Assembly (NCBI RefSeq): GCF_009914755.1
Contig: NC_060930.1
Length of the DNA stretch: 64,000 nt
Origin: the human T2T-CHM13v2.0 reference genome, Homo sapiens
Reading direction: 5' to 3' (one strand)
Shown here: positions 57,101 to 64,000 of the stretch, in pieces
Layout: the number at the start of each line of letters is the position of its first letter
Position numbering within the stretch: position 1 is the first letter of the stretch
Notes under the pieces: model-generated
Told to the model about the DNA's origin: nothing
The model's input: only the letters and a program-made list of their open reading frames with translations
The model's database searches: none
Made by a program: the position numbers and the translations under genes

Positions 57101-59419
57101 TGTAAGATGGGGTGATAATAAACACCACGTGGGGTCAGCCAAGAGGTGAACAGAAACACTCTTTAAATCCTGCAAAATGCTGGGCAGAAGGACAGGGCTG
57201 GAATTATTCCAGCACTGGGGACTGGATAGGGACAGCAACACTCCCGGAGCACCCTCAGTGTGAGGGGAAGGCCAAGGGGTGTGGGCCGAGGCCCCGAGCC
57301 CACCCGGTGCTGATAATAGGCCCTGGCTGCTGGTTTTCAGTTGCCGGAGGCGCAGATAACAATTAGCCAGGCAGTGCTAGGCACCAGCTGACAGTCCCCG
57401 TTTGTCACCCCTTGTCTCCGCACCCAATCTGCCTGCAATCAGGCCCCTGAATTATTTATTCTGTTGTTTGTTTAAAGATATGTAGCCTGCCAGTGACAGA
57501 GTGAAAAATGTCCCTGTTCCACAGGAGTGACACCTTCCCACTCCTCCTGCTCACACCCCCTCCATCCGGCTGTCCCCAGAATTAATCACCTGGCTCCTGC
57601 CCGGTGCCTCCATGGCCCCTGTTGTCACTGAGCTGAGAGACAGTGGGGGCACAGGGTGCTGGTTGCTGCCCTTCACACAGGAGGTGGGGAGAGGGGCTCC
57701 CCACTTCCCTACCATGGAAGCCCCTAAGACTTTCAGAGGGGAGGATGCCAAGGCCTGCAGGGGGTCTGGGTGACCACAGACCCCTCGGTCCCTCCCAACC
57801 CCAGAGCAGCTGGAAGTGAGGCCCATGGGGGCTGCCCCACAGCCTGGAGACCCCCAGGCCCCTCTGGGCAGGAAGCAGGGGCCTGGGGATACGGGGTCTC
57901 CCTCCCCAGGCCTCCACACCCCTCCTCTGGCAGGAGTGGGTAATTGTCCCATGTTCCCAGGTGACTGGCTGGAGCAGAGGCAGAGGGCAGTACCTGTACT
58001 GAGCCATCAGAGCTCTCTGTGAGGGCCCCACCCTTTATGGGACCCTCTGCCCTGTCACAGCACCCGCGGTGTCACCCTTTGGGGCCAGGGTGTCACCTCC
58101 GGGAGGGGCTAATACCCCCTAGCTCTCAGGAGCACTGGGGAAAAGCATATCTGACAGACCTTCTCCTGCACGCAGCAGAGAGGTGGTCTGGATGGAACAG
58201 GACCTGGGACCTGAGAAGGAAGGTCTCCATGGGAAGGAGGAAAACTGGAACAGGGAGAGGGTCCCCAATTTGGCAGAAAGGCCTGGTCAGGACTTCATCT
58301 GGGGTTTCCGAACATCCAGGTAGACATGAAAGGCCAAAGGTGGGAGTCCCATGGGCCCCTCTGTCCCTTCCCCGCTCTGCATGGGGGCCAGCATGGCACC
58401 CGAAGGGAACCCCAGGGTCGTAGGTTGAGGGAAGCTGGTGTTCTGTGGGGAGGAGGAGGACTGGAAAGAACCAGAGGTCGCAGGGCAGGAAAAGGGGGAC
58501 ACACAGGCATCAGGGGTGTTGATCAGAGAGGGAAGGGTATCAGAAGCCAGTATACTCTCCACAACAGAGGTGCACAGGCTGGATCTCCGAGGAAGAGGGA
58601 AGTTGGCAAAGATGGTGGCACTGCTCCGTTACCAGCCCTGGAGGGACCTGTCCTGGCCAGCTCCAGACCACAGGCCTGCCCCTCAGCTGCCGAGGTCCCT
58701 GCCTGGTGCCCTCCCCCACCAGAAAGCATGACCCTCTCCTGCTGGGTCTCCCCGGACAGTCCCCCAGACAGGCAACTACCTGAGCGCCGCTAGGCAGTCC
58801 TGTAGGCCCCTCTGCCTCACCCTGCCCTCACTCACCGGTCCTGGCCGGCCCATGTCCCGGGTCCCCATAGCTCAGGTGCCTGCTAGGGGGTGGCTGAACA
58901 AAGCCGAGCTGGGTGTTACAGCTGCTCTGGGCTCAGGGCCGCTCCCACCCCACCGGGTTACCAAAGGGCCAGTGTGCAGGGCCCCGGGGACGATTCCTTC
59001 TCCCAGAGGGGCTGAAAGGGCACAGGCAGGGGCACAGGCAGAGACCCAGGCCCCAGCACAGGGAAATCCCGGGGTCCCCGCTCACCCTCAGGGCCCAGGC
59101 GCCCCCTGGTGGCCTGCCTCGGGGTGGGGCACAGATCCCTGGAAGGGCGCTGCTAGGGCACCAGCTGGGGAAACCTTGAGGTTCTCTCCAGGCCACCAGG
59201 AGGGGCAGGACAGAACGGGCTCTAATGTGGTGCCTCAGGGCTCTCCCTGAGAGGCTGGCTCCCACCTGTAGCCTCAGGGTTCCCCCAGTGTCCCCCGCCG
59301 CCTCCCCAGGATGGGGCATCGGGGCAGGGCGGGGTGGGGAGGGGCAGGAGCTCAGCCCACCTGCTGCAAAAGGAGCGGGGCCTGGGGCCCGAGGGGGCAG
59401 AACGGGGCCAGGCACTCAC
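54171..59419 (-). other. GRM4: GRM4 last intron (5249 nt, GT-AG, phase 1)
   Basis: Canonical donor and acceptor, with frame continuity between the two exons. Confidence 0.95.
55430..55830 (+). mobile_element. MLT1 LTR relic in the GRM4 last intron
   Basis: ttcccagcctcccttgcagctag...agatggaaggatcctgggtcc...ctctttgtcacagcag. Confidence 0.65.
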
Positions 59420-59666
59420 CTGGGGCCTCAAGGTTCTCGCAGAGCTCAGACTTGGCCTCTCCGTTGGGCCGGAAGTTGCCCTTCTGCGTGAACTTGTTGG
59501 ACATGGTGGCCGCCGTAACGACGGCTTTGAGGCTGCGCTTGCGCTTGGGCACGTTCTGCTCCGGGTGGAAGAGGATGATGTAGACTTTGGGCATGTAGAG
59601 CATTCCCAGGGACACCGAGGCGCTCAGACTCACCGAGACCGTCAGCGTCGTCGTCTGGATGTACAG
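59420..59666 (-). CDS. GRM4: GRM4 penultimate coding exon (TM7 and proximal intracellular tail of mGluR4)
   Basis: Minus strand: acceptor ccgccAG at 59668-59667, then 82 codons + 1 nt [82 protein letters not shown], then donor G|GTGAGT at 59419-59414. This is the group III mGluR TM7/C-tail and is specific to mGluR4. Confidence 0.98.
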
Positions 59667-59789
59667 CTGGCGGAGGGCACGGTGGCGTCAGAGCAGGCTC
59701 TGCCCCGACTGAGGGCCCTGACTCCCGCCAGTTCCCACCCAGGGACCCACCCGGCATCCCGCTGCCTTCAGGCAGAAGGAAGTCGTGGC

Positions 59790-60010
59790 TTGGAGCTGGG
59801 ACTGCAGACCAGGGTTTCTGCATTCAAATCTTGGCTCACTACTTCCAGCTGTGTGATATTAGACACGTCACATCCTTGTGCCTCAGTTTCCTCACGTATA
59901 ATGTGGGCGTGATAATGATAGTACTTACCTCCTAGGGCTGTTGTGAGAATTAAGTGACTTAATAAATGTTTTAAAAGTGTGGAAAACATCTGGCACATGG
60001 TAAGTGCCAT
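59790..60010 (+). mobile_element. MIR in the GRM4 intron
   Basis: ttcaaatcttggctcactacttccagctgtgtga...tgcctcagtttcctc...tagggctgttgtgagaattaa. Confidence 0.85.
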
Positions 60011-63000
60011 TTCAGGTTACCGCTGTTATTTGCTATGTGGAGGACGTGCGCCTGAGGAGAGGCTCTCAGGAGACCACAGCTGGCCCTTCTCAGGGCTGAG
60101 GGCGAGAGGAGCACCCCTTGGTGCTTTGGGATAACACCCAGTGGCCACGTCACAGCCCCTCGGATCAGACCTCCATTCAATGACTGCCCCCGCAACGGTC
60201 CCCCAGTGCAGAGCATGGGATCCTCGGCACCCATCGCGATATGGTGGTGGCAGCAGTCAGAGCTCATTTCATGCTCGCTCGCCAGCACTAACAGTGACAG
60301 ATGTTTAGCAAAATGAAAGCCCATTAATCTGGGTGTCGGATAATCCATTTTACAATAGTAGAGCCTTCCAGGCAGGGTCCGGCAATTCCCACTGTCCCCG
60401 TCTGGGATTCCCCTCCCTGCCTCTCCCTTCCTTCGGGTCCTCCAGGCCTCAGCCGCCCCTCTGAACCTCCTCAGCCAAGGTGGGACCAAAGGAGACCCAG
60501 GCTAGGCCTCCTGGGTCTGGGCATGAAGGAAGCAGGAAATGCTCTTTCCCAAATCTGCTCTTTCTGAGCCTGGGTCCTGCCCTGGTACATGGCTGGTGTG
60601 CTTCCTCCAGGAATCCTCTCCTGACTCCCAGCTCTATGGGCCCCCATGATACCCTTCATTTCTTCTACCCAGACCAGCAGTGTGGACACAGGTCTGGACT
60701 TGTTTCCTGAAGGCACAGGGGCCCTGGCCTCATCTGGCAGTACCCCCCATGTAGGGACCAGGTCTTCCCATTCTTATATTCCTCCCTGTCCCTTGCACGC
60801 CGCTCCATAGATGCCTCATGACACTGGATGGGATGACCTTCATTTCCAGCCACCCTGCCCTGGGTTTCCTACCTTTGGGAGAGGGACTGGAGAAGCCGTA
60901 GGGCCTAAAAGGAGAATCCTGCCCTTCTGTGGGCCTCAGTTTTTCCCTCAGTGCAATGGGATGAAAGCAGCTACCTCACCCAAACCATGAGGGTACCCCA
61001 AGCACAGACTGTGAAGCCATGTGAAACTTGCTTTTAGTGACCGCAGGCACTGAGGTGAAGGTGAGGAGAAGAGACATGGGGGACACGGGGGCATGACCGG
61101 ACAGCCATGATGTGCCCAAGCCAAGGCACTGACACTCCTCAAAGTGCAGCCTCCAGGCTGGCGTGGCCCAGGTCAGGCAGAGCTCCGAGGGGAAGGAGGC
61201 CGAGAGTGGCCACTGGTTCAGGGAAATGTCACAGGCCCAGGGGAAATGAAAGCCTGTCCCCCAGTGAGCACATGCCGCTCCAGACACAGACAGGCCTCCA
61301 TCCTCAGATACTACTTACACTCTCACCCCTGGGCATGGAGCTCTCCTGGAGGGAAAGGTCATGACCAGCCAGCGGGGCCGTGCTGGCCGTCTCTCCTGCC
61401 CAAACTGGGGCTGGTGGCCAGGGTGAGAAGGCAGGAAGAAGCTCCAGAGCATCAAAACAGACGCTTGGGGAATATCGTAGAGTCTCGGGCTAATGGAGAA
61501 TAGGCTTGTCATCTGGGTCTTCACCATGAGACTAGGAGTTCCCTAGGGACAAGGTGTGTCTCCCTGATTACATCAGGGTTCCCTGAGGGCAGGGCTGGCT
61601 CTCCTCTCACACTGGGGGTTCTTGGAAATAGGGGTTGTGTCCCAGGTAAGACACCCATCTTAGACCCTTTGCCTGCTCCTTGTTGATGGGTGCAGTGCAA
61701 TTGGGCCCACATGGAGTTGGTGGGACCAGGGATTGAGGCCCTTCTCTGGGCAGAGGAACCCTTGCAGTGGACACAGTTCTATGTCGAGGGCCAGCGTCCT
61801 GGGTTCCAGATTCTACTCTGCCTCAGCCCACTGTGGGATGCTAACAAGTTTCCACCCCTCTCTGGGCACCAGATGCCCCTCCATGAACACAGGCAGGGCC
61901 AGCGCTATGAGTGTACAACCTGTGCAGTCACCCAGGGGCCTGTGCCTAGCTCTCAGTTTAAGGTCCTTCTGCCACCATATTGAATCGTGGATAATTTCTG
62001 AACAGTGGGCCCTTCGTTTTCATTTTGTGCTGGGCGCTGAAAATTATATAGCCAACTCTCAACACAGGCATGGGCACAGTCATTGGTATTCTCTTCTATA
62101 TTGTTTTTCAGCCTAGGAGCCTTTCTGCGAACAAAATTCAAGGGATATAAATAGATCAAAACCCTCCCTCCCAGCATGGGCCCTGGGGGCTCCTCTAGCC
62201 ATCCCCAGCTGGGAGGTAGGCCCTGTACACAGCAGGAGTGGGGCTGCCCACCGCCAGTTCTGCTCCTTGCCCCAGGGTGTGGAATTTGAGCCCCACCATG
62301 GGAGCCTGCCTCTGGGTCAGACATTGTTTCTGGAGCCCCCTCTGTGAAGGTACACATGGCCACCAGGAGGTGGTAGCAGGTTAACCCTTATCAGAGAAAC
62401 AGTGGTCCTCTAGACCCCAGCAGGCACTCCCGAGGGGCTGAACCCAGGCACCAGGAAGGTCCTAAAGGGAGGTAGAGCGAGAGGCGGCCTTCGGGCTATG
62501 ATCTCCCCTCCTCTCCCACCCACCTGCCTCTTAGCCCGCTGGTGCCTGAACTCCCACCATCCCTGCTCTCCTGTGTGGATGGGCCCTCACTGCACTCCAT
62601 CCTCCATGAGGAATCCTGCATTCAACCTCACTAGTCATGTGCTCCCCATGGTGAAGGAGCTTGTCTGAGCTGAGTTTGATACAGGAGGACAGAGGACACC
62701 TGGGGTGAGGATAGGGCACAGGAAGGAGCAGCTGTAGATGTGGATGATGAATTTCCTGCTTTCGTGCTAGGCCTGGTGGGTACAGGGTTCGAGGGGCCCC
62801 AGTGGGGGCACCAGGGAGCTCTGCCTGCCTTGTGCTTCTGCCGGCTGACCCTGATAGGAACCAAGATCCTCCAAATCTGTACAAACCAGACAAATAAACT
62901 TCCCCACACCCTGATTGCCTCTGCAGCCACGTCCTGCCCAAGCATGACTGAGCAGTAACCCCACGTAGTGGAGAAAGCCCGCTCAGTGTAATTCCAAATG

Positions 63001-63124
63001 GCTGTGGTGTTAAGCCCTGGAAATCCGGGCTAAGGCTGGGAAATCCAGCCGCCTGCTCACCAGAGTGGCACAGACAGCTTCACTCTGTGACAGCACCTGA
63101 ACCCTGGGGGAACGGGTGCAGCTG

Positions 63125-63685
63125 AGCATGTGCAAGTGCGTGTGTGCATACATGCATGCCTGCTCACACACACATCAATATACACGTACGTACCTGCATT
63201 GACACATACACCTGACCTCACAGCTGCACATTTGCATCTGACTCAGCTGGGCTCTCTCTCTCTCTCTCTCACACACACACAAACACACACACACACACAC
63301 CTCTTCACACATGGGTACACACATATACATAGACACAAATGTACTCACACATCTACACACATCCACCTGCACACACTCACTAACATTTGCACTCACACAT
63401 CTGCACACTTGTGTGCACAAACACTCCTGGGCACATATGCTCAGCCTACACATCCATACACACACCAGCAGCTACATACCCTTCAGCACACCCATCAACC
63501 CATCCCCGCTTAATCTGCATGCACATGGGCACACACCTGTGCACACACACCACACATGCACCACTGAGCATGTACATGCACAGAAAGGCACACACACGTC
63601 TATACACACACACCTCTGTAGGCACACCACAACTCCTGACAACAGCCACACCCCGCTTGATCTACATGCAAACACACACACTTAG
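63125..63685. repeat. CA-rich low-complexity tract including (TC)n(CA)n at about 63252-63300
   Basis: Direct reading. Explains the His/Thr- and Cys/Val-rich pseudo-ORFs. Confidence 0.9.
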
Positions 63686-64000
63686 CAGCCAGACCTGCAG
63701 CTTGCACTGGGGCATCTTGCAGCTCGGCATGACATGGCCCAGACACAGCCCCAGGTTGCCTGAGTCTCTAAGAAGCCTGGTAGTCTGAACCGCAGGAACT
63801 TCAGAACACATCTCCTCCACCGCCTCCCGTTCAGAGGCCCAGAGTGGGAGAGGTGTATGTCCCATGTCCTAGGCCACCAGGGAGAGAGCACACTGGTGTG
63901 AGGCCAGCCTGTCGTATGACCTGGGACAAGTCCCTGTCCCTCTCTGGGCCTATGAACTGATCATCTCAGGGACTCCCTTCATAATCAGGGCTGGCTGGGG

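Larger units (their letters stand above)
59667..64000 (-). other. GRM4: GRM4 intron upstream of the TM7 exon (continues beyond window)
   Basis: Acceptor at 59667-59668. No further mGluR-like coding sequence seen up to the window end. Confidence 0.85.

Noticed and set aside
59334-59912. 192-aa plus-strand ORF
   Set aside because: Antisense shadow of the GC3-rich GRM4 exon.
63130-63788. His/Thr-rich and Cys/Val-rich ORFs
   Set aside because: Translation of CA/TG low-complexity sequence.

Overview
Human (primate) genomic DNA. The window holds the 3' end of GRM4 (metabotropic glutamate receptor 4, minus strand; from memory chr6p21.3) and about 50 kb of downstream intergenic sequence. Only two coding exons are supportable. 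59420-59666 encodes TM7 and the proximal C-tail (LYIQTTTL...ENLEAP). 54121-54170 encodes ALATKQTYVTYTNHAI*. The 3'UTR runs to a tandem AATAAA at 53165-53176. The MIR1275 hairpin lies at 31256-31335 on the same strand. Much of the rest is transposon-derived: about 20 Alus, old L1M, L2, MIR, L3, MLT1/LTR16 relics, a Charlie1 hAT relic, MER20, two MER51 solo LTRs and an intact LTR12 (ERV9) solo LTR, several with readable target-site duplications. Almost all ORF-track entries are spurious (Alu, L1, GC-rich or low-complexity). I found no evidence of a new multi-gene system. The most interesting leads are regulatory and structural: (1) three candidate minus-strand drivers of MIR1275; (2) octamer/RFX and homeodomain enhancer candidates; (3) a head-to-head Alu pair sharing one TTTAAA target; (4) a perfect 42-bp tandem duplication in a decayed L1; (5) an old duplication of a TE-TE junction; (6) small fold-back scars. 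Repeat subfamily names come from recalled consensus sequences and need RepeatMasker/Dfam confirmation.
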